64,000 nucleotides of DNA, taken from assembly GCA_947852905.1 (NCBI GenBank), contig CANTVF010000005.1, forward strand, positions 44,053 through 108,052, read 5' to 3'. The position numbers and the translations under genes are program-made. The notes beneath the pieces were generated by a model that was not told where the DNA came from, made no database searches, and was given only the letters and a program-made list of their open reading frames with translations. This DNA is from an uncultured Tidjanibacter sp. (GTDB taxonomy: Bacteria > Bacteroidota > Bacteroidia > Bacteroidales > Rikenellaceae). Of this stretch, positions 21,826 through 31,699 are shown in pieces. The stretch's first letter is position 1, and the number at the start of each line of letters is the position of its first letter.

Positions 21826-23277
21826 ATGAAGAAAAATTTATGGTTTATCGGTTTGTGGCTTGCCGTGTGTGTGGTAGGGTTATCCGGTTGTATAGTGGAT
21901 TCTGATTCGTACGAGTATGTAATACTTGAGGAGACGACATGTTCTTTCCTGAGCGAAGGTAATGCGGACAAAATAGTCCGGGTTAAGGCATCCGGAGCGT
22001 TCGATGTTTCCGTGTCGGCGTCATGGATCAGGATTATAGATCGTGACGGGGGCGGTATTACAGTAAATGTCGATGATAATGCGACGCAGGAGGAGCGTAC
22101 GGGAGAGATAACGTTTACATGCGGAGGTGCGTCGGAGACCGTTTATGTCAACCAGCTCGGCGATATGTCCGGAGACTGGCGTTTCCGTTGGCCTTCCGAT
22201 TTCGATCTCGGAGCCGTTATGTCGCCAAACGGAAGATATGTGGGCGGAATTTTGCCTGCTCTGGAGGTAGACGACTGGGGTGAAGAATGGATATACAACA
22301 TAATTATCATAGACGTGGAGGCCGACGAGCGTATCGTGGTAGCTGAAATGCCCGAATCATTCGGCGTCGGCGGGCCGGATGCCATTACCGATCAGGGTGT
22401 GTTTTTCTTCTGGTCTAACGAAGGTAGTCTCGCCATAGACCTCGAAGGCAATACCTTCCGTCCGGATGTGATCGACGGTTATAAGATGGCCGGAAACGTC
22501 AGCGCCGTGTCGGAGGATGGAAATATGTGGGCAGGGTGGATACAGGACGACAAGTTGGGCGAGGGTATGTATCACCCGGTGATATGGGAGAACGGAATTC
22601 CGAGGGAACTAGAAATGCCTCCGCTTAATTATCGTGATGAGCCGCATTGGGCAGGTATTATGGTCAGGGGAATGAGTGCCGACGGCTCGGTGCTTTACGG
22701 CAGTACGTGGGATAATAACGACCGAGGCATGGTGTATTGGAAAGATGGTAAGGTCGATTATGTCGGCCGCGACGTGAGGAAAACCGAGACTGTGGAACTC
22801 GTAGACGGTTTGGGGCAACCGTATGAATATACCCTTGTCTGCGGCATGACCGTTTCAAATGAGAAATACAATATCAGCCCTAACGGGAAATACATAGCTG
22901 GAACTTACAGGGAAGAGTTCCTCGAAGGATCTCGGCCAGGACAGCGTGAGTATGCCGGATTTTTCAATACGGAGACAGGGAAGACGACCGTCATACGCGA
23001 TTTGGGTGAAGGCGGCGGCATCACGGCTACCGACGAGGGAATAGGCTTCATGTGTATAGGAACGTTTCTGCCGTCTGATTGTGCGGTGGTGGATATAGAT
23101 GAAGGCGTCGTTTTGGGACATCTCGATGAATGGGCACGGGAAAATTACGGGGTGACGTTGCCCGCAGGTTATATTGCAGATGTCGCACCTAACGGCACGT
23201 TATTCGGACGGACTATGCTTCCGGATGTGGCTACAGGAGCCAAGACGACCGACTGGTATCTGGCTCCGGCTAAATAG
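21826..23277 (+). CDS. BACON-domain lipoprotein with HAF-like beta-propeller repeats
   Basis: Lipobox LSGC; BACON-like SWI...N....ERTGEITF; repeated SxNG/SxDG blades. Confidence 0.75.
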   Translation: MKKNLWFIGLWLAVCVVGLSGCIVDSDSYEYVILEETTCSFLSEGNADKIVRVKASGAFDVSVSASWIRIIDRDGGGITVNVDDNATQEERTGEITFTCGGASETVYVNQLGDMSGDWRFRWPSDFDLGAVMSPNGRYVGGILPALEVDDWGEEWIYNIIIIDVEADERIVVAEMPESFGVGGPDAITDQGVFFFWSNEGSLAIDLEGNTFRPDVIDGYKMAGNVSAVSEDGNMWAGWIQDDKLGEGMYHPVIWENGIPRELEMPPLNYRDEPHWAGIMVRGMSADGSVLYGSTWDNNDRGMVYWKDGKVDYVGRDVRKTETVELVDGLGQPYEYTLVCGMTVSNEKYNISPNGKYIAGTYREEFLEGSRPGQREYAGFFNTETGKTTVIRDLGEGGGITATDEGIGFMCIGTFLPSDCAVVDIDEGVVLGHLDEWARENYGVTLPAGYIADVAPNGTLFGRTMLPDVATGAKTTDWYLAPAK

Positions 23278-23524
23278 GGAGCGTCTCGGATTTCGATCGG
23301 GTGACGTATTAATCGTGTTATTGCCGGAAAGCTACGAGTAGCTTTCCGGCTTTTGTGTCGAACAGGGAAAGAAGGCATGGAAACATGGACTTTGCCTGTG
23401 GGATTTTATGTCGGGACAGGCGGCTTGCTGAGGTTTTATTATTAATTTTGCGGTAGCGGCGGGCGGAGTGTCGCGCGGATGCGATCCGGCTCTGCGAGGC
23501 CGTGTAGATTAAAAGGTTATAAAT

Positions 23525-24085
23525 ATGTCCGTAGATAACGGTGCGGGAACGATAACGTTGCATGGCAGACGTTTCGATGTATTCATACCGCACGAAACCA
23601 TACAGTCGCACATAGACGAAATAGCCCGCAGGATAAATGCTGATTACGGAGGCGGAGAGGATGTGCCGCTTTTCGTGGGAGTATTGAACGGGTCGTTCAT
23701 GTTCTTTGCGGAGTTGATGCAGCGGATAGAGTTTCCGTGCGAAGTGTCGTTCGTGAAACTGGCTTCTTACGAAGGTACGGAGTCGAGCGGTTGTGTCAGA
23801 CAGCTCATCGGGCTGCGCGAGGATATTAGCGGACGCAGAGTTATCGTCGTCGAGGATGTCGTGGATACGGGGTGCAGCATAGCCTATACGGTCGGTCTGT
23901 TGCGTGAGATGCGGCCTGCGTCGGTAGATGTGGCGGCGCTTCTGTTCAAACCGGCTTCATACAGTCGCGATATACCTATCCGGTACAGAGCTATGGAGGT
24001 CGGAAATGAATTCATAGTAGGTTTCGGGCTGGATTACGACGGGTTGGGACGCAACCTGAAACATATTTACAAAATTTGCGAATGA
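23525..24085 (+). CDS. hpt: Hypoxanthine phosphoribosyltransferase
   Basis: GVLNGSFMF, VVEDVVDTG PRPP motif, GFGLDY. Confidence 0.95.
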   Translation: MSVDNGAGTITLHGRRFDVFIPHETIQSHIDEIARRINADYGGGEDVPLFVGVLNGSFMFFAELMQRIEFPCEVSFVKLASYEGTESSGCVRQLIGLREDISGRRVIVVEDVVDTGCSIAYTVGLLREMRPASVDVAALLFKPASYSRDIPIRYRAMEVGNEFIVGFGLDYDGLGRNLKHIYKICE

Positions 24086-24091
24086 TGCCGT

Positions 24092-24748
24092 GTGCATTCT
24101 ACGGTGAAAAATTCGGGTATGTCGATGAATGGAATTAGTACCGGTGCCGTGGATTATATACGGCTTGTAGAGGATTTCTATACCATACAGGGCGAGGGTG
24201 CCTTTACTGGTATGGCCGCCTATTTCATACGTCTGGCCGGTTGCGATGTCAGGTGTCCGTGGTGCGATGCCCGTTTTACATGGGATCTTAATGCCGGGGA
24301 TACGGTGTCAGTGGCGGAGGTCGCAGATAGGGTGAGAGCCTGCGGTGCGCGTACGGTAGTCATAACGGGTGGCGAGCCTTTCATGCACGATCTGGGGGCC
24401 CTTACCGGGGCGTTGCACGATGTCGGAGTGAGAATCCATGTGGAAACGTCGGGGACGCACCCGCTTACCGGCAATGTCGATTGGGTATGCCTGTCTCCCA
24501 AACGTCATAAGAAGCCGCTGGCCGATATGCTGCGTCGGGCTGACGAGCTGAAGGTCGTGATACAGACGGCCGGCGATTTCTCATGGGCAGAGGAGTGTGC
24601 AGCCGGAACGGACGGGAAATGTATGTTGTTCCTGCAACCGGAATGGGGCGTTTCTGCCGATATGACGGCCGTTATAGTGGAATATGTGAAAAGGAATCCA
24701 CAATGGCGCATATCGTTGCAGACGCATAAATTCATGAATATACCGTGA
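24092..24748 (+). CDS. queE: 7-carboxy-7-deazaguanine synthase (radical SAM); start codon uncertain
   Basis: FYTIQGEG, RLAGCDVRCPWCD, ITGGEP, SLQTHK. Confidence 0.93.
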   Translation: MHSTVKNSGMSMNGISTGAVDYIRLVEDFYTIQGEGAFTGMAAYFIRLAGCDVRCPWCDARFTWDLNAGDTVSVAEVADRVRACGARTVVITGGEPFMHDLGALTGALHDVGVRIHVETSGTHPLTGNVDWVCLSPKRHKKPLADMLRRADELKVVIQTAGDFSWAEECAAGTDGKCMLFLQPEWGVSADMTAVIVEYVKRNPQWRISLQTHKFMNIP

Positions 24749-25062
24749 CGGGGAGTGTGCCGTCCGGAGCATTGTGTATCGGAGTGAAGAAGTTCTGGGA
24801 GAAATACAAGATATGGATAGTCATCACGGTAGCGTTCGTGCTGATAGTGACTGTACTGTCCAAGAATACGTTGCTGGAGGCCATGGCCATAAACCGGCGT
24901 ATCAAGAAGATGCACGAGGAACAGGTCATGTATCGGGAACGGGCGCGGGAGGACAGTATGTTTCTGGAGAAACTGAAATCCGACTGGTTTCTGGAAAAAT
25001 ACGCCCGCGAGACATTTTACATGAAAGCTCCCGGCGAGGAGATATATCTCGTGGAAGAGTAG
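24745..25062 (+). CDS. FtsB/DivIC-like septum formation initiator
   Basis: N-terminal transmembrane helix, coiled coil, LEKYARETFYMKAPGEEIY. Confidence 0.8.
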   Translation: MTGSVPSGALCIGVKKFWEKYKIWIVITVAFVLIVTVLSKNTLLEAMAINRRIKKMHEEQVMYRERAREDSMFLEKLKSDWFLEKYARETFYMKAPGEEIYLVEE

Positions 25063-25214
25063 TTTGCCTAATTATAGCCGGTCGGGAGAAAAACCGTGGC
25101 GGTGCGGTTGAGGAGCGGTGCCGGTAAAGCTGGAGTATGATACGGCGGCGCTTCGGCGGGTTCCGGAACCGGATGCGAGGAAGGCGTCGTACGTGTAACG
25201 TAATTTATGAAGTC

Positions 25215-25643
25215 ATGAAAATATTGATTGTCAACGGACCCAATCTCAATCTTGTGGGGCGGCGCGAGCCGGATATATACGGCGATACCGGGATGGACGG
25301 TTATTGTGCTTCATTGAAGGAGACGTATGCAGCCAGAGGTATCGGGATAGATTGCCGTCAATCCAATGTCGAGGGTATAATAATAGACATTCTTCAGGAG
25401 GCGGACGGACGTTATGACGGCATAATACTTAATGCCGGCGGCTATACGCATACTTCGGTGGCGATAGCCGATGCCGTGAGAGCTATATCGACGCCTGTCG
25501 TGGAGGTACACATATCTAACATTTTCGCGCGCGAGGCATACCGTAGCGTGTCGCTTACTGGAGCGGCTTGCCGCGGCGTCATATCGGGGTTCGGCCTCGA
25601 TTCCTACCGGCTTGCCGTGGAGAGTTTCATAGCAGACAGGTAA
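25215..25643 (+). CDS. aroQ: Type II 3-dehydroquinate dehydratase
   Basis: MKILIVNGPNLNLVGRREPDIYG, NAGGYTHTS, EVHISN. Confidence 0.97.
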   Translation: MKILIVNGPNLNLVGRREPDIYGDTGMDGYCASLKETYAARGIGIDCRQSNVEGIIIDILQEADGRYDGIILNAGGYTHTSVAIADAVRAISTPVVEVHISNIFAREAYRSVSLTGAACRGVISGFGLDSYRLAVESFIADR

Positions 25644-25713
25644 CGGCCTGCGATATTTCCTGCGGTGAGGGGTGCGAACGCATATGTTTGAGTAAGGTTT
25701 TGCAGACGGATTT

Positions 25714-27174
25714 ATGGAACTGAAAAAGAGTGTCGTAAGAGGAATGGCTTGGACTTTTGCCGAAAAGATCCTTACCTCCCTTTTTCAGATGGTCGTCGGG
25801 CTGGTGCTGATGAACTTCCTCTATGAGGAGGATTACGGCGTTATCCGCCTGCTCGTTGTTTTTACCACTGTCTGTTCCGTTTTCGTTGACAGCGGTTTCT
25901 CTGCCGCATTGATAAGGCGGAAAGAGGTTTCCGACCGGGAATATTCGGCGGTTTTCCTGTTTAACGTATCCATAGCGGCGTTGTTTTATGTGATACTGTT
26001 AAGCATCACTCCTGCGTTGGCCCGTTATTACGATGCTCCGGTCATAGGGAGGATAGCTCCCGTATTGTTTCTTTTGGTGCCGGTCGGCTCTCTCTCCAAT
26101 ATCCAAAACACGATTCTTACCAGACGATTCGATTTCAAGACCATTACGAAGTATACGTTGTGGGCTACGTTTGTCGGCAGCTGTTCGGCCGTTGTCATGG
26201 CCGTCAGCGGTTGCGGTGTGTGGTCGTTGTTGGGGCAGAGACTCGTCACGCCGGCCGTCAGGTCGTTGCTATTGTGGGTGGGTAGCGATTGGCGTCCTTC
26301 CGGACGGCTATCGTTCAGACCGTTGCGTTCCATGTTCGGATACAGTTCCCGGCTGTTGCTGAGCGACATAACCAATGCGGTATACGGCAATATTTCGGAG
26401 TTGTTCATAGGTAAAATGTATACTAAGGAACAGCTCGGTCTCTATGACCGCGGAAAGCAGTACAAGGATATGCCGGTGAGCGCCGTCATAAGTTCCGTGC
26501 AGAACGTTACTTTTCCGGCTCTGTCCAAATTGCAGGACGATCCGGTAAAGATGAGTACGAGCGCTCATCAGGTCACTGTGGTGATGAATTTTCTGATATT
26601 TCCCGTGATGATAGGGCTTATCGGTGTGGTAGACGATTTCATCGCCGTATTCCTGCCGCAGAGATGGATGCCGGTGGTGCCCTATTTCAGGATATTGTGC
26701 ATATCCGGGCTGTTCGCTCCGCTTTCGGTAGTGTCGTACAATATACTGAAAATAAAGAGTGACGGGAAAATGATTTTCCGTCTGGAAATAATAAAGAAAC
26801 TGATAGCTACGGCCGTTCTCGTAGCTATGATTCCGATAAGCGTGAAGGCTATCGCGTGGGGGCAGACGATAATATATTTTTCCGACGCTGTCATCAACAT
26901 GCTCGGTGCCGGAAGGTTTCTGCGCTGGACGGTTTGGGGCAGGGTGAAGGCTACGATACCTTATCTGTGTTCCTCTTTGGTCATGTTGGCCGCCGTGCGC
27001 GGGGTGCATTGCGTTTTGGCGGGCATCATGCCTTTGTGGGGTATATTAGTCACGGAGATAGCAGTAGGCGTGGTAGTGTATATGGGGCTGGCATTGTTGT
27101 TTCGACCTTCGGGGTGGCGTGAGGTGCGCATCATAATAGCGCAGGCGCTGCAAAGCCGCGGCAACCGTGCCTGA
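25714..27174 (+). CDS. Wzx-type polysaccharide flippase (MOP superfamily)
   Basis: DSGFSAALI and 12+ hydrophobic segments typical of WzxC-like exporters. Confidence 0.88.
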   Translation: MELKKSVVRGMAWTFAEKILTSLFQMVVGLVLMNFLYEEDYGVIRLLVVFTTVCSVFVDSGFSAALIRRKEVSDREYSAVFLFNVSIAALFYVILLSITPALARYYDAPVIGRIAPVLFLLVPVGSLSNIQNTILTRRFDFKTITKYTLWATFVGSCSAVVMAVSGCGVWSLLGQRLVTPAVRSLLLWVGSDWRPSGRLSFRPLRSMFGYSSRLLLSDITNAVYGNISELFIGKMYTKEQLGLYDRGKQYKDMPVSAVISSVQNVTFPALSKLQDDPVKMSTSAHQVTVVMNFLIFPVMIGLIGVVDDFIAVFLPQRWMPVVPYFRILCISGLFAPLSVVSYNILKIKSDGKMIFRLEIIKKLIATAVLVAMIPISVKAIAWGQTIIYFSDAVINMLGAGRFLRWTVWGRVKATIPYLCSSLVMLAAVRGVHCVLAGIMPLWGILVTEIAVGVVVYMGLALLFRPSGWREVRIIIAQALQSRGNRA

Positions 27175-27222
27175 CGTGCGTATGTAGAGTTATGTCCAAA
27201 CAAATTAAATTATAAAAAGCTT

Positions 27223-27810
27223 ATGATGAAGAAAATGTTTTTGATCGTAGCGGGAGTGTGCCTGTGTTCGCTTAACGTTTCCGCACAGGATTGGAAATCG
27301 GCCCTGAAAGGCGTAGCCAAAACCGTGGTGGGCGATAAGGCGACTACCGCAGAATCCATTGTCGGAACTTGGCGGTTTTCGGGACCGGACTGCCGTTTCG
27401 AGAGCGAAAGTCTGTTGGCTCAGGCCGGAGGCGAGGCGGCTGCCGTACAGGTGGAACAGAAACTGGAGTCTCTTTACGACACGTTGGGAATGGATGGCAG
27501 CGAATATTCTTTCAGTTCGGACAATACGTATACGCAGACTATAAAGGGGCGTACTTCCAAAGGGACGTATGTTTTCGATGCGGAGAATAAGACGATTACG
27601 ATGAAAACCAAACTCGGAGTCTCTATAACGGCGCATGTTATGGTTACCGGAACGTCCATGAGTTTGCTGTTCAATGCTGATAAACTGTTGTCGGTGTTGA
27701 AGACATTGACCGATATGGCTTCGAAAGTGGATTCCGGAGCTGCGCTCGCAGGATCTTTGACGGACAATTACGACGGACTTCTGCTGGGATTTGAATTAAA
27801 CAGGCAATAA
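27223..27810 (+). CDS. DUF4923 family secreted protein
   Basis: Signal peptide; IVGTWRFSGP.C.FESE, YDGLLLGFEL. Confidence 0.8.
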   Translation: MMKKMFLIVAGVCLCSLNVSAQDWKSALKGVAKTVVGDKATTAESIVGTWRFSGPDCRFESESLLAQAGGEAAAVQVEQKLESLYDTLGMDGSEYSFSSDNTYTQTIKGRTSKGTYVFDAENKTITMKTKLGVSITAHVMVTGTSMSLLFNADKLLSVLKTLTDMASKVDSGAALAGSLTDNYDGLLLGFELNRQ

Positions 27811-28009
27811 CAGTTTATCGGGAAGTTATATTTGGATATATGTATATCGGATTGTAGGGCGTCTATAGGATCCGACATGCAGACCAACGGCTTTATCGGT
27901 TCATGATAAGTACGGCGAAGCTGTGATTGCTCGATGTCATTGTTTTTCGCATTTTCCGTGCTAATTTGTCGATTAGATAGGATTGTTGCAATAGTTCGTT
28001 GTCGCATTG

Positions 28010-28027
28010 TTGGCATAATTTTTGCAA
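28010..28027 (+). promoter_or_regulatory. Putative sigma-54 -24/-12 promoter
   Basis: TTGGCATAATTTTTGCAA = GG-N10-GC consensus, about 150 bp before the ATG at 28175. Confidence 0.4.
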
Positions 28028-28174
28028 TATATTTTCTTTTCGGCTCTATGCAGTTGTAAAGAAAGGATATATATAATTATTTTTCGGAATACATAAATAT
28101 TTCAAATTGTTACCTGCCGCTAAGGCATAAAATTTGTTGGCAATTTTATTGATTGTAGTATATTAAGCGCAAAG

Positions 28175-28582
28175 ATGAAGCAGTCCATTGTCGATAAAGC
28201 TGTTGAACTGTATGAGTTGGGTTACAGTTCGTCGCAGTCGGTGTGTGCAGCTCTTGCCGGACATTACGGTTTGGATCAGGAAACCGCTATGAAAATGTCT
28301 GCATCTTTCGGTGATGGAACGAGTCATTTGAACGGTACCTGCGGTGCTGTCGATGCGCTTGTTGTTATGGCCGGATTTGAAAAAGGACAGGGGCTTCTCG
28401 ATACCGAAGATATACGAGAAGAGAATTATAAAATGGTTAGAGACCTTGTCGGACAATTTAAAAAGCGGAATGGCTCGGTGTATTGTTACCAGTTGTGCGA
28501 AGGTATAAAGTGTCGGGAGAAATGCGTGAAATACATACAGAGCGCAGCCGAAATCTATACCGATTATATCGGATTGAAATAA
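28175..28582 (+). CDS. C-GCAxxG-C-C family putative redox protein
   Basis: GY..SQSV, GTCGAV, GSVYC..LC, C-terminal CVKYI layout. Confidence 0.78.
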   Translation: MKQSIVDKAVELYELGYSSSQSVCAALAGHYGLDQETAMKMSASFGDGTSHLNGTCGAVDALVVMAGFEKGQGLLDTEDIREENYKMVRDLVGQFKKRNGSVYCYQLCEGIKCREKCVKYIQSAAEIYTDYIGLK

Positions 28583-28840
28583 TATGAGTAGGCAGTTTGG
28601 CGCCTTATGGCGCTGACTATAGATTGTAGTGTCGCGGTTTCCGAGTATGCGTGCATGTATCGGAATCCGCGAATATCTGCTGTCGAGTAGTGTTTTTGCC
28701 GTGATGCATTTTGATAGTTGGATGTGTGACTTACGTTGCCAAGGTGTATGGTATGATACATGTATCGTAATGTAAGTGCGCTGTTTGCGTATCGGCCGCA
28801 TCATCGGCATTACGTTCGTGACCGTATATGCCTTAAAAAA

Positions 28841-28878
28841 ATATATGGGCGATATGTGTTTGCATATCACCCATATAT
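28841..28878. terminator. Hairpin between convergent genes
   Basis: ATATATGGGCGATATG / CATATCACCCATATAT, 16-bp stem with one mismatch. Confidence 0.65.
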
Positions 28879-28906
28879 GTGTTTCGATGTAAATAATCTT
28901 TTTCGG

Positions 28907-30040
28907 TCAGCCTATTTTCTTTGCAAATACTGCACGTCGTTTATGCAGCTCCTTGTCGAAGTTGCCCCAAAGTGCCTGTATGCGCTGATTGTTTTCCAGT
29001 TCGGGATTGCTTTCGGCATATATGGTCCCGAGTTTGTGGAAACGCGGTATCATGGCATCGAACAGCATGGCCGTAACGCCCATCGATTGTGCGTTGGGAT
29101 GTGAGGCTATCAACATTAGGTCGCATACTTCGGCGCGTTTGCCGTAAAGGGCTCTCAAAAGGGGGATGAATCCGAATGGGAAGATCCGGCCGCGCGCTTT
29201 CTGCATGGCCCGCGACAGCGACGGCAAAGCTACGCCGAACGAAACGAGGTTGTCTTCGCGGTCTACTATAAGCGTTATTAGATCCTTTCGCAGCATAGGA
29301 ATGTATTTGTTCACGTAATATTCCATCTGCTTTTCGTTCAGCTGCGAATAACCGTACAGTTCGTTGTATGTTATATTGATGAGTCTGAATAGTTTGAGGC
29401 CGTATCCTTTTTTGATTATTTCCGAAACTGTTTTGAATTCGAGTACTCTGAGATCGTATTTCTGGCGTACTATCTCGGCTATTCGTCTGTGCTTTTCGGG
29501 CATGGTGTCAGGAACATGTATCAAATACTCAACCCATTCGGCTACAGGTTTGAAACCGAGACGTGCGAGTTGTTTTGGATAGTATGGGTAGTTGTAGATG
29601 CTCGCTATCGTACTCAGGCGCTCGAAACCTTGTGTCAGCATGCCTTCCGGATCGAAGTCGGTAAATCCCAGCGGACCTTGTATATGTGTCATGCCGTGTT
29701 TCCGTCCCCATTCCTCTACCGCGCCGATGAGCGCATCCACGACTTCGTCGTCATTGATGAAATCTATGAATCCGAAGCGTACGTAGTCGATGCCTTCCGT
29801 TCGGTTGTTTATGTGGTTGATTATGGCAGCGACGCGTCCTACCGTTCGTCCGTCGCGTTTGGCCAGAAAAACCTGATATTCGTATATTTCGTGTGCCGGG
29901 TTGCGTCCTTTGAGCAGTGCGTCTATTTCATCCGAATATAGCGGAGGAACTGCATATGGGTTGTTTTTGTAAAGACGTAGTTTGAACCGTACGAATTCTT
30001 TTAATTCCTTTTTGGTGTCTATCGGAACGATTGTTACCAT
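28907..30040 (-). CDS. Conserved tandem GNAT-fold N-acetyltransferase-like protein
   Basis: GRVAAIIN, RFGFIDF, QGPLGFTDFDPEG, YNYPYY, AESNPELENN. Confidence 0.8.
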   Translation of the reverse strand: MVTIVPIDTKKELKEFVRFKLRLYKNNPYAVPPLYSDEIDALLKGRNPAHEIYEYQVFLAKRDGRTVGRVAAIINHINNRTEGIDYVRFGFIDFINDDEVVDALIGAVEEWGRKHGMTHIQGPLGFTDFDPEGMLTQGFERLSTIASIYNYPYYPKQLARLGFKPVAEWVEYLIHVPDTMPEKHRRIAEIVRQKYDLRVLEFKTVSEIIKKGYGLKLFRLINITYNELYGYSQLNEKQMEYYVNKYIPMLRKDLITLIVDREDNLVSFGVALPSLSRAMQKARGRIFPFGFIPLLRALYGKRAEVCDLMLIASHPNAQSMGVTAMLFDAMIPRFHKLGTIYAESNPELENNQRIQALWGNFDKELHKRRAVFAKKIG

Positions 30041-30290
30041 AGATAGTTTCGGGTAGAGTTTAGGTTAACCAACAAAAATACTAATAATATCGTATAATGT
30101 AGTCTTCGGAGCGTTTATTTTTATATTTCTCATTGGGTGGTTTTGATATCGCATTGTATTGAATATTCGACCGGTATTATGAACACGGATCGTTTTTTGT
30201 GATACCTTTGTTCAAGGGCGGTATTGGCGGCTCCTGCCGGGGAGGGAATAGGGATATATGCCGGTGCTGCTATAGTATAAATGAATAGTC

Positions 30291-31157
30291 ATGAATGTAG
30301 AGTTGTATGTAGACCGCACGGCATGTATCGCGTGCGGCAGGTGTGTGAAGATATGTCCTGCCGGAATTTTTTCATTGGACGTTGAGCGACGAAACGCGAC
30401 GACCGCCAATGTTTCTTCATGCATAGTTTGCGGTCATTGTGTCGCCGCCTGTCCGACAGGTGCCGTTCATCACGGCGACTTTCCACCGTCGAGAGTGCAC
30501 GATGTGGATCGGTCGGAACTGCCCTCGCCGGAGGAAGTGTTGACGCTTTGTCGTATGAGACGGTCTAACAGAGCGTTCGACGGCCGGCCGGTACCGGAGG
30601 ATAAACTTGCCGTGATAGTGGAAGCTGCGCACCGTGCTCCTACGGCCAGCAACAAGCAGCAGGTGGCTTTTACCGTCGTGACCGATCCGGCCGCGTTGCG
30701 TAGAGTTACGGATTATACCATGAAGAGTTTCCGCGGTGTGTTGACTCTGTTGCGGAATCCTGTTGTCGGTGCGTTGGTAAAGGCCGTGAAACCTGATATA
30801 TATGCCATGTTGCCGATGTTGGAGAGACTGGACGGAAAATACAAGGCCGGTGTGGATCCAATATTGCGCGGAGCGTCGGCGCTATTGTTGATACATACCC
30901 CTGCCGATAACCGTTTCGGGCGGGACGATGCCAATCTCGCCTATCAGAACGGCTCTCTTATGGCCGAGAGTCTCGGCGTTTCGCAATTTTATACCGGTTT
31001 CTTGTGTACGGCCATAAGGCGCGACCGTCGGGGCGAATTTTCGCGTATGCTCGGTATAGACGGTGTCGTGCATGCGGGTATGGCCCTCGGAATGCCGGCG
31101 TTCCGTCTGTCGAAATATATTGATAAAAAGGATGTTTGTGCAGAATATATCCGTTAG
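30291..31157 (+). CDS. Nitroreductase family protein with N-terminal 2x[4Fe-4S] domain
   Basis: CIACGRCVKICP, CIVCGHCVAACP, RRSNR, APTASNKQ. Confidence 0.92.
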   Translation: MNVELYVDRTACIACGRCVKICPAGIFSLDVERRNATTANVSSCIVCGHCVAACPTGAVHHGDFPPSRVHDVDRSELPSPEEVLTLCRMRRSNRAFDGRPVPEDKLAVIVEAAHRAPTASNKQQVAFTVVTDPAALRRVTDYTMKSFRGVLTLLRNPVVGALVKAVKPDIYAMLPMLERLDGKYKAGVDPILRGASALLLIHTPADNRFGRDDANLAYQNGSLMAESLGVSQFYTGFLCTAIRRDRRGEFSRMLGIDGVVHAGMALGMPAFRLSKYIDKKDVCAEYIR

Positions 31158-31699
31158 GCATAAGATTGAGGCGGATGGCTATACTGTGAATGCATGGCCG
31201 GAGACGACTGTGCATGCGGGCGTTGGGAATATTGGCGGTCTCTGTTTGCGGTAACACGGCATAGACGTCATTATAGAGCCGTCGTGCTGGCGGAGTGGAA
31301 GAGCCATGCGTTGAAGTCGTCGCATATGTATTAGCCGGCCGGGAAGATATGGAACGACAGTGTGTCGCGTTCTGTCCTAACAGACGGATTAATGTTGCAT
31401 TTGCGAGATCGCATCGTAGTATTGGCTGGGGGATGCAAGCCGTCGTTTGCTCGCATTAGGCATTGTCATATTCCGTTCCACTTGCATTAGGACGAGCAAG
31501 TCTATAATGCGTATTTCTAAAATAGAATTCGATTTGGGCGCGAGAGGATAACATGCCTAATATAGTAAATATCAGTATGTTCGGCTTGATTAATATGTAT
31601 TTCGCGCAACGGGTTAACCGTTGCGCGAAATATTTTGTTGAATATGGCTTGAGAATTTTAATAATCGCGGTACCGGACGGGACGCAAGTGCGAATGTTT

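Noticed and set aside
31190-31270. Short echoes of the nitroreductase 3' end (GTGCATGCGGG; CGG.ATAGACG)
   Set aside because: Only ~11-nt matches; possibly a decayed duplication, but not supportable.
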